A stretch of 40,938 bases of DNA. It comes from Chiloscyllium plagiosum (Eukaryota). Shown here piece after piece: positions 12,140 through 23,637 of this stretch; position 1 is the stretch's first letter; each line of letters begins with the position of its first letter. The stretch spans positions 21,755 through 62,692 of the forward strand of contig NW_025215331.1 in the NCBI RefSeq assembly GCF_004010195.1. Reading direction: 5' to 3'. The translations under genes were made by a program, and so were the position numbers. The notes below the pieces were generated by a model that saw nothing but the letters and a program-made list of their open reading frames with translations, had not been told where the DNA came from and did not search any database.

Positions 12140-14120
12140 GACTGAATAACAGAGGGACATGAAGAAGTACAAGTAGGCGGGATAAGGGAGAAGCCCACGA
12201 TATTCTACACGGACAAGTAGAACAGAATAATTAGCAAACAGCTAGTGTCCATTAGAAACCAAAGGGGCAATCTGTGTGTCAAGCTGGAGAACATTGGTGG
12301 ATTGTAACATGAGACCTTCGCATCTATTTTACTTGGGAGGAGGAGGATGCAGGTACAGAATTCAAGAAGATGGACTAGGAAGCTCTTGAACAGATTGATG
12401 TAAAATACGAGCAGGGATTTGAGGTTTTATTCTGTACAAATTTGGACCAATCTCCATGTCTGAATGAGTTGTATCACAGGTGGCTGTTGGGGTCAAATGA
12501 GGAAAGACCCTGACAATATTTTAATTAGAATCTGACCATAGGGGAGGTGTCAGAAAACTGGAGAACTGCTAATACGATTCCACTTCACAGTAAGGGTGGG
12601 AGAGATAGAAAAGTGAACTATAGACGAGCGAGTATTAGATCACTGTTAAGTAAAATACTGGATAAAACAGGGAAGGAGAAAATCGAACTCCAATCAGAGG
12701 TGCAAAGTTTGATCAGAGATAATCATCATGGCTTTATCAGGAGGAAGTCACATCCAATGGATTTGATTGAATTAGTTTGAGGATGTCGATTATTTAGCTT
12801 TGTAGGAAGGTCTTTGACAAATTTCCACCTGGGAAACTGAAAAATAAAGTAAAATCTCACAATATGATGGATAACTTGACAAGTTACAACGAAAATTTTC
12901 TTAGTAGCAAGAGACAGAGGGTGGTGGAAGAAGGCTGTTTGTGTGACTGGAGACCAGTGTCCCCTGGTGTACCCCAGAGATCAGTGTTCTGTCCCTTATT
13001 GTTTGTGGTATTCATAACAAAATCTGAATGTGGAGGGGGCTAGGTGGAGAGTGGGGAAGGTGTGATAAGTAAGTGTATGTTTGACATAAAGATTGGCTGG
13101 GTGGGTCGCAGGGAGGAGGAAGGCCTTAAGTTACAGGAAGATGCAGATGGAATGGTCAGATGGGCACATCAATGGCAGATGGAATGTAACCCTGATAAAT
13201 ATGAGGTGATGCACATTGGAAGATGGAAGCAGGCAGGGGAGGACTCAATGAATGGCAGCACACTGGGAAGCTCAGATTGTGCTGCTCCACACATCCCTGA
13301 ATGTGACTGGACAGGCTAATGCTTAAAAATGTGTTGCTGGAAAAGCGCAGCAGGTCAGGCAGCATCAAAGGAGCAGGAGAATCGATGTTTCGACCAGATA
13401 TCTGAAGAAGGCTTATGCCCGAAACGTTGATTCTGCTGCTCCTTTGATGCTGCCTGGCCTGCTGCACATTTCTAGCAACACGTTTTAAGCTCTGATCTCC
13501 AGCATCTGCATTCCTCACTTTCTCCTGGACAGGTTAATGGACTAGTTAAGAACTGGACCTTGGGTGTAGCGTTTCATAATCAGAGTGTAGATTATAAGAG
13601 CAATACAGGGCTTTGGTTTGGCCAAAATGGAGTACTGGGAACCACATTCCAGGCTCCGGGAACCACATTCCAGGAAGGATGTAATTGTACTGGAGGGGGT
13701 GCAGAGGTGATTCACCAGGAAGTTCCCTGGGATGGAGCATATCAGCAATGGAGAGAGACTGGATAAGCTCGGGTTGTTTACTTTAGAGCAGAGAAAGCTG
13801 AGGGGTCCGTGATTCAGAAGGAAAAGATTATAAGCGACACGGGCAGGGTGGATAGACAGCAGCTGTTCCTTTTAGTGAGAGGGTCAAGAACAAAGGAGCA
13901 CACTTTTAAAGTGAAGAGTTTGAGGTTCAGAGATGATTTAAACATTTTTTCACCTCGAGGTGTGGGGTTCTGGGATTATTTCCTGAGAGGGGAATGATCA
14001 CCTCACAATCGTTAAAAAGTACTTGGACGAGAAATTGGAAGTGTCACAACATTCAAGGCTATGGGCCTGCTGTTTGAAAGTGGGACTAGTATAGATCGTG
14101 CTGTATTTCTGTTAGCACAG
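12140..14120 (+). mobile_element. CR1 LINE ORF2 (RT) remnant
   Basis: ENWRTANTIPLHSKG..NYRRASIRS, GVPQRSVL, WQMECNPDKYEVMHIG and 3' UTR-like end. Multiple stops. Confidence 0.9.
13322..13524 (+). mobile_element. Non-coding fold-back Penelope pLTR-only insertion with TSD
   Basis: ~70-bp inverted arms at 13321-13392 and 13420-13490. TSD ctggacagg(c/t)taatg at 13307-13321 and 13525-13539. Contains CTGAAGA..GAAACGTT. Confidence 0.9.
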
Positions 14121-15158
14121 AGTCAATGCCCCTGTGAGTGTATGGTGTGGAAGGTCAATTATTGAGCAGTTTAAGGCAGAAATTGATGGATTTCTGAAGA
14201 GTTATATTCATAAGGGTTATAAGAGTGAACTGTATTAGCTTGTTAAATCATGTCAATGTGAGAAATATGAGAAAACAAGTGCAGTTCCCTTACAGTTTGA
14301 AACTAGAGAATGGAGAATGGGGAACAGGGAAATAGCAGGACTATGAAGCCACTACTTCAGTTCTGTCTTCACAAATCTTCCTAACAATACAAGGAAAACC
14401 GAGTCTGGTGTGAGAATATGATATAGTACATGGAACATAGAACATAGTAAGTAAATGGTTTAGCAGAAATTATTGTGGCTGAAAGTAACACTAACATCGA
14501 TTTATGAAATGGGAATTATGTTTGAGAAACAAACTGCGAGATAAATGAAAGAGAAGCAATGGATGCAAAACATTTTGATTTTTAGAAAAATGTTGGTAAA
14601 GCTCCAAGCCCAATTTGCAAAATCAAATCTGAGTGGATTGGGGCTAATATATAGACATGTTTCTAGACTGAGACAGCCGGCAGGAAACAATGAATGGAAA
14701 TAAACAGACTCGTCAAATAATAGCCTGACATTTTCTGAAAGGTATGATTCTGTGAGTATAACTATGTCCAAGACTCCCCATTACCTTCCCCAGATATCTC
14801 CTGTCTCATCAGCAGGACGGACACAGCAGAAGTGGCGGTACAGTGGGATACAGTTGGAAGGGAATTGCTCTTGGAGTCCTCAACAGTGACTCCGTATCCC
14901 ATGAAGTCTCATGGCATTAGTTTGCACATGGGAAAGGAAACCTCCTGCTGATTACCATGTACCAGCCCCTCTCAACTGATGAATCAGTACTCCTCCATGC
15001 TGACCAACACTTGGAGGAAGCACTGAGGGTAGCACGTACGCAAGATGTACTCTGGGTGTGGGATTTCAATGTTCACCACCAACAGTATCTCAGCTACAGC
15101 ATTACTGATCGAGCTGGCCGGGTCCTAAGGGATACAACTGGCGGCAGGTGGTGAAGGA

Positions 15159-15278
15159 GGGCTTATGCCCGAAACGTCGACTCTCCTGCTCCTTGGATGC
15201 TGCCTGACCTGCTGCGCTTTTCCAGCAACACATTTTTCAGCTCTGATCTCCAGCATCTGCAGTCCTCACTTTCTCCTT
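15159..15278 (+). mobile_element. 120-bp Penelope pLTR fragment with perfect 13-bp TSD
   Basis: TSD aggtggtgaagga at 15146-15158 and 15279-15291. The insert matches the pLTR at 35843-35925. Confidence 0.92.
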
Positions 15279-15623
15279 AGGTGGTGAAGGAACCAATAAG
15301 AGGAAAATACATACTTGACCACAGCCTTACTAATCTGCCAGTTGCAGAAGTATCTGTCCATGACAGTATCGGTAAGAGTGACCACTGTATAGTCATTGTG
15401 GAGACAAAGTCACACCTGCACATTGAGAATAACCTCCACCATTTTGGGTGGTACTATCACGGTGCTTAATAGGACAGACTTCGAACAGATCTAGCAGCTC
15501 AAATCTGGATGTCCAGAACGTGTTGTGGGTAATCAATAACAGTGGAATTGTACTCCCGCATAACCTCATGGCCTGGCATATCCCTCTCGCAACAATTGTC
15601 ATCAATCCAGAGGATCACCATTC

Positions 15624-16019
15624 GTTCAATGAAGTGTGCAGGATGGCAGGAGCAGCATCAGGCATACCTGACAATGTGGTGTCAGCCTGGTGAAGCCACC
15701 AAACAGGACTACTTGTGTGCCAAACAGCATACGCAGTAAGTGATAGACAGCGCTTAGTGATCCCACAGCAACGGTTCAGATCTAAGCTCTGCAGTCCTTC
15801 CACATCTAGTCGAGAAACGTTGGTGGTTCAGTGGAGTGTGCAGGATAGCAGGAGCAGCACTGGGCATACCTGACAATGAGGTGTCAGCCTGGTGAAGCCA
15901 CCAAACAGGACTATTTGTGTGCCAAACAGCATACGCAGTAAGTGATAGACAGCGCTAAGTGATCCCACAGCAACGGTTCAGATCTAAGCTCTGCAGTCCT
16001 TCCACATCTAGTCGAGAAA
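15624..16019. repeat. Direct tandem duplication, period 202 bp, inside a LINE
   Basis: gttca.tg.agtgtgcagg...ctagtcgagaaa starts at 15624 and 15826, with several substitutions. Confidence 0.92.
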
Positions 16020-19000
16020 AGCTGGGGACAATTAAACAAATCACTGGAGGAAGAGATTCCACAAATAACCCCTTCCTCCATGATGGAAGAGCCCAGCACT
16101 TCAGTGTATAAGATAAGGCTGATGCATTCGCAACAATCTTCAGTCAGAAGTGCTGAGTGGATGATCTATCTCGGCCTCCTTCAGTGGCCGTAAGTGATTC
16201 CGTTACCAGGCATTAACCAATTCGATTCAGTCCACGTGATATCCAAAAATGATTGGAGATACTGGATACTCCATCGGGTCCATAATCAGACAACATTCTG
16301 GCAATAGTACTGAAAACCTATGCTCCATATCTTGCCACTCCCCTAGCCAAACTGTTTCAACACAGTTATAACAATGGCTTTTCCTGATTATGTGGAAAAT
16401 TACCCCAAGTATCTCCTGTATATAAAAAGCAGAACAAATCCAATCCGGCAAAATACCACTCCATCAGTCTACTCTCGATCATCAGTAAAGTGGTGGAAGG
16501 TCTCAGTGCTTTTAAGCAGCACATGCTCAACAATACCCTGGTCAATGACGCCCAGTTTGGTCTCCACAAGGGCCACTCAGCTCCTGACCTCATTACTTTG
16601 GTTCAAACATGGACAAAAGAGCTGAATTCCAGAGGTAGGGTGAGAGTGACAGCCCTTTAAGTCAAGGCTACATTCGACCCTGTGTGGTATCAAGGGGCCT
16701 TCGCAACACTGGAATCATTTGGTATCAGAGGCAAAATCCCTGCTGGTTCGATTCATACCTGACACGTGGGAAGGTGGTCATGGTTGATGATGGTCAGTCA
16801 ACTCAGCTCCAAATCTGTTGGAGTCCCACGAGGAGTGACCGAAAACTTCTTCAGGGCTGCTTCATCAATGACCTTCCTTCCATTTTAAGGTCAGAAGTGG
16901 GGATGTTCGCCAATGATTGTACAATGTTCTGCAACATTTATGGCTCCTCAGATACTGAAGCAGTCCATTTTCCACCGCGACAAGGTCTGGAGAGTATCCA
17001 GACTGACAAGTGGCAAGTAATATTCAGCCCACACGAATGCCAGACCATGACCATTACCAATAAAATACAATCTAACCTGCCCTTGGTGTGACGAACACTG
17101 CAACCCCCAGTATCAAATTCCTGGTGGGTAATCATTGCTCAGAAACTCACTGGTCTCGCCACATGAACACAGTAAGTATAAGAACAGGTCCGAAGCTCGG
17201 AATACTGCGGTGAGTAACTCACATCCTGACTTCCAAACGTCTGTCCATCGTCTACAATGCATAAGGCAGAAGTGTAATAGGAGACTCCCAATTTGCCTGG
17301 ATGAGTGCAGCCCCCACAACACGCAAGAAGCTTTATACCATCCAAGACAAAGCAGCCAGTTTGACTGTGTCTTCATCCACAATGCTCCACCATCAACGCT
17401 CAGCAGCAGCAGCAGTGTTTTACTATCTCTATGCTGCAACGAAATGATTCACCAAAGATCCTCAGATACCATCTTCCCAACTCACGGCCATGTCTACCTA
17501 GAAGGACAAGGGCGACAGATGTATGGGAATACCATCATCTTCAGGTTCCCTCCAAGCTATTCACCACCCTGACTTGGAAATTTATCACCGCTCCTTCACA
17601 GTCACTGGGTCAGAATCCTGGGATTCCCCTCCTAATGGCATTGGAGGTCAACCACAGCAGGTGGACTGCAGCGTTCAACAAGGCAGCTCACCACCACCTT
17701 CTCAAGGGCAACTCGGGACAAGCAATAAATGCTGGCCCAACCAGTGACTCCGAGATTCACGAAATAAATAAATAGAAATTAACAGAGGAAGTTTGCTGAG
17801 GTGTCGCAGGGATCGGTGCTTGGGGCCCAGCTTTTCACAATGCCCTTTAAACATTTGGTTGCTGGAATCAGATACAATATATCCCAGCCTGCTGACAGCA
17901 CGAACGGATGTGGGATTGTGAATGGGTGAGGAGGATGTAAAAAAGCACCGATGAGACTAAGACAAGTGGAGTGAATGGGTAAATATGTGACAGATGGAGA
18001 ACAATGTGTACAGAGATGACGGTGTGCCCTTTGATGGAAATGATAAATTGGCAGCCTACCATTTGAAAGGGATTGATTGATACATGTTGATCTACAAAGG
18101 GACGTCTGTTCCTTTTTGTTGTTTCCTTCTGCATAAACTTCTGAAGCCCATGCAGCGCACTGCGTTCTGTAACCAGACGTCAATACTGGGCATGGCATTG
18201 GCACGCTGCCCAGTGTACACAGACCCACCAAGTGGGGAGCTGCAACACTGAAAAGGATCTGCATCTCCTTGTACTCAAGTTGCTGAAAGTACTATTGCAG
18301 AAACAGAAACCAGTGAGGAAAATAAATGATGTGTTGACCTTCATTTCAGGGGGGTTGTGAGTCCAGGAGAATAGATGTCTTACTGCAGCTGTACAGGGCC
18401 TTGGTGAGATATCATTTTTAACATTGGGCAATATTGTGACCAGTATTGATCTCTGTACCTAATAAAGGACAAACCTGACATTGATGGAGAGCAGTGAAGG
18501 ATGACCAGACGGATCTCTGGCATGACAGGCTTGTTGTGGAAAAGAGTTTGGGGTGATTGGGCCAGTATTCCATGAGGTTTCGGAAAATGAGTCGAGATCT
18601 CAGTGAAATATACAAAACTCTGACAGGGTGAGACAGATTTCAAGCGGGGATGATAATTCCCCTGGCTGAGACGTCTAAAACAAGGAGCCACAGCATTAGG
18701 TACAGGCAGGCCATTCTTCATTGATATGAGAATAAATGCCTGTACTCACTGACTGGTGAATATGGGGAATTCTCTCGCACCTGGAAACCGAGACACTGAT
18801 TATAAATAAGGATTTAGAGACAGTAAAGGGATGGTGGGAGAGCAGGAGTACAGTTTGGAAATGAAGGGCCAACAATCATTACATTGAGTTGGGTTGCAAA
18901 CTCGATGGACCAGACGTACTACTGCACGGCCTATTTTATAGCTTCCCAAGTTTATTCACATTAACGGATATGTACATCGTGTGGGGTAAGTGCATTGAGG

Positions 19001-19229
19001 AGATTTTTTCCATGAACTAGAATGGGGTGGCTCAAAATGTTGATTCACCTACTCCTTTCCCTCTGTTTCTGTGCAATCTGTGGGAAAACTCTGTAAATGC
19101 TGTCACACGCTCTCAGATGTTGGGAAGGAGGTCTCTGCAGGGTCGACAGGATTGTGTTCCCATTCCCTTTTCTGACATTGATGCTGAGGCTGAATGTTCT
19201 GTCCGGTTTCATCCTTTCAGACCTCGGAG

Positions 19230-19535
19230 TTGTTTGATACAAATGAGTGCCCTTGCTTGGCCGTTTCAGAGATCATTGAAATGTTTATCACATGTCAGGG
19301 TCTTTGGAGTCAGTTTAAGGCCAGCCCAGGAAATCACGGGAAATTCATTTCCGAAAAGTATATTGGAGAAGGAAATTCTGTTTACAGTCGATATTGGCAT
19401 CAAGGTCACTATTACTGAAACTAGATTTTACATCTCGATATTTTATTAATTGTTTTTAAATTCCACCAGCTGCCAGAGTATTAGCCTGGTCTGGATTAGT
19501 AATCCAGTGACATTTCCACAGCAGCACCATCTCCA
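19230..19535 (-). mobile_element. Old tRNA-headed SINE (possibly SacSINE1/Deu-SINE-like)
   Basis: Minus strand begins GGAGATGGTGCTGCTGTGGAAATGTCACTGGATTACTAATCCAG, then GGCAGCTGGTGGAATTTAAA...CTAGTTTCAGTAATAGTGACC. B-box region deleted. Family name recalled from memory. Confidence 0.6.
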
Positions 19536-19544
19536 CATAAGAAC

Positions 19545-20340
19545 CTGTCGAAAACGATACTGAACAGGCTATTTCTGTGCTGCTTGACAGCTCTGTCAGA
19601 AAGAACTCCCACCAATTTTACTGTTGTGATGGGACTGAGGGGGTAGTAATTGGTCAAATTGTAATTAATCCACTCTTAGGGAATGGGACATAGATGAGTA
19701 ATTTTCCACATTGCCCGCGACATGTTGTATCTGGAATGAAACAGCTTCCCCAGGGACACGGCTTGTTGTGCAGCACAAGTCTTCAGTCCTATTGCAGGAA
19801 TGGGGTCAGGACCTACTGCCTTTGTAGTATCTACTGTGTTTCTTCATGATATGTACAGCAAATCGAATTGGTTGAAGATTGGCATCTGTGATTTTGTGGG
19901 CATCATTATGCGGTTGAGGTGTATCATCGACTCAACACTTCTGGCAGAGGATAGTGCAGATAAAACATCCTTCTCGTTTACACTGATGTGCAGGTCTGTT
20001 CCATTATTTAGGATTGGGGGGTTTTGTGGAGCCCTTTCCTCAGTCATTTGTTTAATCGTCTATCACCATTTATTACTGACTGTGGCAGAACTGCAGGGCT
20101 TCGTTCAGATCAGTTGGTCAAGTCCGGTAGCATCAGGTTAAGGTTCATGTGATTCTTATTCTGATATGTTCACCCACACTCGTCACTGAGCCATAGATGG
20201 TGTTGATGGTAATGATGGTGTGGTGTTATCCTGGCAAAAAGTTACAGGTTGTGGATTAATGCATGTCTGCTTCTCCTGCTGCTGTGGTCTACAGCACTAC
20301 ATGGATACGCAGTTTCGAGCTGCAATATCTGTAATGCAAT
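19545..20340 (-). mobile_element. LINE fragment related to the 14745-17778 family
   Basis: Antisense WKI.HLCPIP...NYYP.S region (19640-19710) and PILNNG...VNEKD block, homologous to 16070-16500. Confidence 0.7.
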
Positions 20341-20471
20341 TCTGCTGTCTGTTCCCCAATTCTCACTGAGACCCATTCACCCATCAGCCCCGTACTCAGT
20401 GACCTAACCTGGTTTCTGATGTGGAAATACTTCCATTTTCATACTCTCATTTTGGTGAACTGCTTTGTTTT

Positions 20472-20815
20472 GTGCTACCAGGATACATGAACACCAATTA
20501 GCCACCAAAAAACATGACCCACTATCACTCGGTTCCACACATACAGACAAAGAAGGCCACACACTTCCTAGGACAAAGCCATGCACGAAAGTTCTTAGAA
20601 GAATGACATTCTAGCCAGAGTACATCAATAAACACATCAATTTAGATCTTATCTACCTTCCCTTGAACAAAAAACTGGAAATGACATCACGCATCTTAAG
20701 AAACCAAGACCTATAAATAGAAAGACGAGTCTCTCACTGATGATGTTACCTAGTCATGGTGATGAAACATCTGAAAACAAACCTTCAAACTCAGCGAGCT
20801 AACTTGCATACTTAT
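20472..20815 (+). mobile_element. Penelope-like element of a second family (GIY-YIG C-terminus plus pLTR)
   Basis: RIHEHQLATKKHDPLSL.STHTDKEGH...INKHINLD, followed by TATAAATA and a hammerhead core. Confidence 0.85.
20734..20774 (+). ncRNA. Minimal type I hammerhead ribozyme motif (decayed)
   Basis: tca-CTGATGA-t-gttacc(tagtcat)ggtgat-GAAA-CATC-tga. Stem I is tca/tga and stem II is gttacc/ggtgat. ACAT replaces the palindromic ACGT (CpG-type change). Confidence 0.7.
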
Positions 20816-21131
20816 AAATGGTTATTTTTCTCTTAATACTCGAATTTGGGACTTCTCTGTCACTCATGTTTTAACAGAATACGAGGCGAGGTGAACTTTT
20901 CTGGGTGTGTGGTTTAATGAACAGGAGAGTTCGATATCGCCATCATAATGGTTTGAGGGCTTGTCGGACAGGATTTGGACAGATTTGAGCAGATTTGTGG
21001 TGCAAAAGTTCCCAGCTGATTCCATCACTTGGCAGTTAGTGACCTAGATCTTCAAATAAAACAGGTGACAAAATTAATTTAATTTTGTTTCCTTGTGGTT
21101 GGTTAAATTAAAAGAAATGGCTTTTAACATT

Positions 21132-21439
21132 GGCATGGTGGCTCAGTGGTTAGCACTGCTGCCTCACAGCACCAGGGTCCCAGGTTCAATTCCAGCCTCG
21201 GGCAACTGTCTGTGTGGAGTTTGCACATTCTCCCCGTGTCTGCGTGGGTTTCCTCCGGGTGCTCCGGTTTCCTCCCACAGTCCAAACATGTGCGGGTCAG
21301 GTGAGTTAACCATGCTAAAGTTCCTGTAGTGTTAGATGCATTAGTCAGTGGGGAAATGAGTCTGGGTGGGTTACTCTTCAGAGGGTCATTGTGGACTGGT
21401 TGGGCCGAAGGGCCTGTTCCCACACTGTAGGGAATCTAA
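21132..21439 (+). mobile_element. Near full-length tRNA-derived HE1/V-SINE
   Basis: A box TGGCTCAGTGG, B box GGTTCAATTCC, V-domain (gtggagtttgcacattctccccgtgtctgcgtgggtttcctccggg) and LINE-like tail (gggccgaagggcctgtt). Confidence 0.95.
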
Positions 21440-21471
21440 AGAGGTCAGGAGGTTTGATGATGATTCAGAAA

Positions 21472-21714
21472 TTTGCCGACAAAGTTTAGAAAGACAATGG
21501 AAGGGAATATGTTAGAATTAACATGTAGATTAGAATTGGGTTTCACCAGGGACAAAAGGAAAGCTGTCACCATAATGGAGTTGGTCAAGCACTTTGCCGA
21601 CAAAGTTTAGAAAGACAATGGAAGGGAATATGCTTAGAATTAACATGTAGATTAGAATTGGGTTTCACCAGGGACAAAATGAAAGCTGTCACCATAATGG
21701 AGTTGGTCAAGCAC
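21472..21714. repeat. Direct tandem duplication, 121 + 122 bp
   Basis: tttgccgacaaag...ggtcaagcac at 21472 and 21593. One substitution and one 1-bp indel. Confidence 0.95.
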
Positions 21715-22980
21715 TTTGGTGTATCAGAGAAGCAGGAAACTGCAGTCTAGTTAGAAAAAACTTAAATTGCAAGTGGAGCAATTGGAGTTAGAAGATAAAA
21801 AGAGAGACAGAAAGAGAGAGGGAAGATAGCGAAAGAGAAAGAGAGAAAAAAGGAAGACGGGGAGAATTTGAAATTCAGAAGTTTGGAATTAGACAAGAAA
21901 GTTAAATTCGCAGAATGAAGATGAATGGAGAACGTAGGGATGTATACAACTGTGTTGATACATTGTAATATTTCGGTGAGAAAAATGTCGAAACCGTTTT
22001 TATTTCATTTGCAAAATTGGCTCGGCAGATGGCGTGTCCAGTGAACATGTGCGTAATGCTAGTTCAGACTAAGATTTTTGGCACAGCTTCAGAGGTCTGT
22101 GCAGTGCTGTCACATGAGGGAACAAGAGATTATGCAGATGTCAAACAGGCTATGCTGAGTGCTTATGAATTGGTACTGGAAGAGTATAGACAGTGGTTGA
22201 GAAATATAGAGACGGAACCAGGTCAGACTTATATTGAGTTTGAAAGAATTAACCACAGTGATTTTGATAAATGTATGCAGGTCTTAAAAATAGATAAGAC
22301 CTGTGAGGCCCGATGGGAGATTATTCTGCTGGACGAGTTTAAAGACTCACTCCCAGAGACGGTAAGAATTCATGTGAAAGAGCAGGAAGTTCAACAAGTG
22401 AGAAGTACGGCATAAATGGGAGGTAAATATGCATTGGTGCATGAGATGCAATTTAGCTTCTGGGAGGATTTTCATCCTGTGAGGGATAGAAATTGGGAGA
22501 AGGGGAGTTCCTACACTATAGACCATAGAGAAACGCACACTGGCAATAATTTACCACCGGTGAAAAAGAGGCCCAAGGGGGTTGAAAGATGGTGAAAGGC
22601 CTCAGGTGTTCTCACTATAACGGAGCGGAACACATAGAATTACAGTGCCGATGGTTTACAAAGGGCACTGGGAAAAGTTATTTTCACTGCAGTAAGCTGG
22701 GACACACACTGCTGGGGGTTGAAGGAAGAAACTTTGGGAAAAGATGTGGTAAAAGAGTTTAAGCCAGTGGTATTAGTGAACCTGCTAAAGGAGACCCCAA
22801 GTGGAGCTGAGGAGCTGCAGGAGAGTGCACAGCCGAGGCAGAGGCTGTGTATGGAGTCAGTGCCTGATCTCTATAAGAATTTGGCTCCGTAGATAAACCT
22901 TACTAAGAGGAAATGGGATGTGGGGGAGGACAAGAAGTTGTAATTTTGCAAGATACGGGATCTGTTCAGTATCTAATAGT

Positions 22981-23637
22981 TGAGAAGCAAGGAGCCGGAA
23001 AGGCACAACAGATCTGGCAGCATCCGAAGAGCAGGACAATCGACATATCAGGCATAATCCCATCGTCAGGAATGTGGCGGGGGGACAAGGGGGCTGAAAG
23101 ATAAATACGAGGGTAGGAGCTGGGCTGGCGGGAGGGTCACTGGGAGGGCGACAGGAAAATGTAGGTGGGTGTGACTGAGATATGTCGGAGGGGAAGGTGG
23201 AGTGGATAGATGGGAAGGAAGATGGTCAGTAAGAACAGTTCAAAAGGGCAGTGCAAAGTTGAACGCTTTGATCTGGGATGAGGTTGGGGAGGGGAGGTTT
23301 GGAAATTGTGTGAAGTCAACGTTGATGCTGTATAGTTGGAGGGGTGCAAATGTCTACCACCTATCCACTTCAACCTCGTCTCTGACCTGTCAACATCACC
23401 CCGTACCTGCATCTACCTATTACCTTGCAAGCTACCTTTCACCCAGCTCCATCCCACCCTCCTATTTATTTCTCAACCCCCTTCCCCCTCCCTTACCCCC
23501 CACTTTCCTGATGAAGGACTTATGCCTGAAACGTCAACTATCCTGTCCCTCGGATGTTGCCGACCTGCTGTGCTTTTCCAGCCCTACACTTTTCAACTCT
23601 GATCTCCACCATCTGTATTCCTCACTTTCTCTTGGCC
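22981..23637 (+). mobile_element. Penelope-like insertion (inverted pLTR plus direct pLTR) inside the protease
   Basis: Purine-rich antisense arm, then a pyrimidine-rich sense arm ending gatctccaccatctgtattcctcactttctc. TSD tctaatagt/tccaatagt. CTGATGA..GAAACGTC at 23508-23535. Confidence 0.88.

Larger units (their letters stand above)
14745..17778 (+). mobile_element. 5'-truncated CR1/L2-group LINE with APE endonuclease and RT remnants
   Basis: WDFNVHH (GDFN) and ILDHSLTN...IGKSDH endonuclease motifs. INDLPSILRSEVGMFANDCT is the FADD region. 3' end caataaatgctggccc...gaaataaataaatagaaa. Confidence 0.9.
14240..18950 (+). mobile_element. Old CR1 LINE split by a 3-kb LINE insertion (parts 14240-14740 and 17780-18950)
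   Basis: The left part ends just before the PQG motif. The right part resumes gtgtcgcagggatcggtgcttggggcccagc (V.QGSVLGP) and runs to a 3' UTR at about 18940. Confidence 0.7.
21117..22720 (+). pseudogene. gag: gag remnant with SCAN-like domain and two zinc-knuckle relics
   Basis: ATG at 21117 is split by a SINE. ORF 22017-22415 reads DYADVKQAMLSAYELVLEEYRQWLRN...EIILLDEFKDSLPETVRIHVKEQ. Knuckle relics CSHYNGAEHIELQC (about 22607) and FHCSKLGH (about 22682). Confidence 0.88.

Noticed and set aside
13636..13675. 21-bp tandem duplication (gggaaccacattccagg)
   Set aside because: Ordinary slippage duplication within a dead CR1.
21132..21205. tRNA genes at SINE heads (also 27079 and 31897)
   Set aside because: The A/B boxes continue directly into V-domain SINE bodies and LINE-derived tails.
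22017..22415. Domesticated SCAN-domain (ZSCAN-like) gene
   Set aside because: Embedded in an LTR element between stops and frameshifts, with no C2H2 fingers or splice structure.
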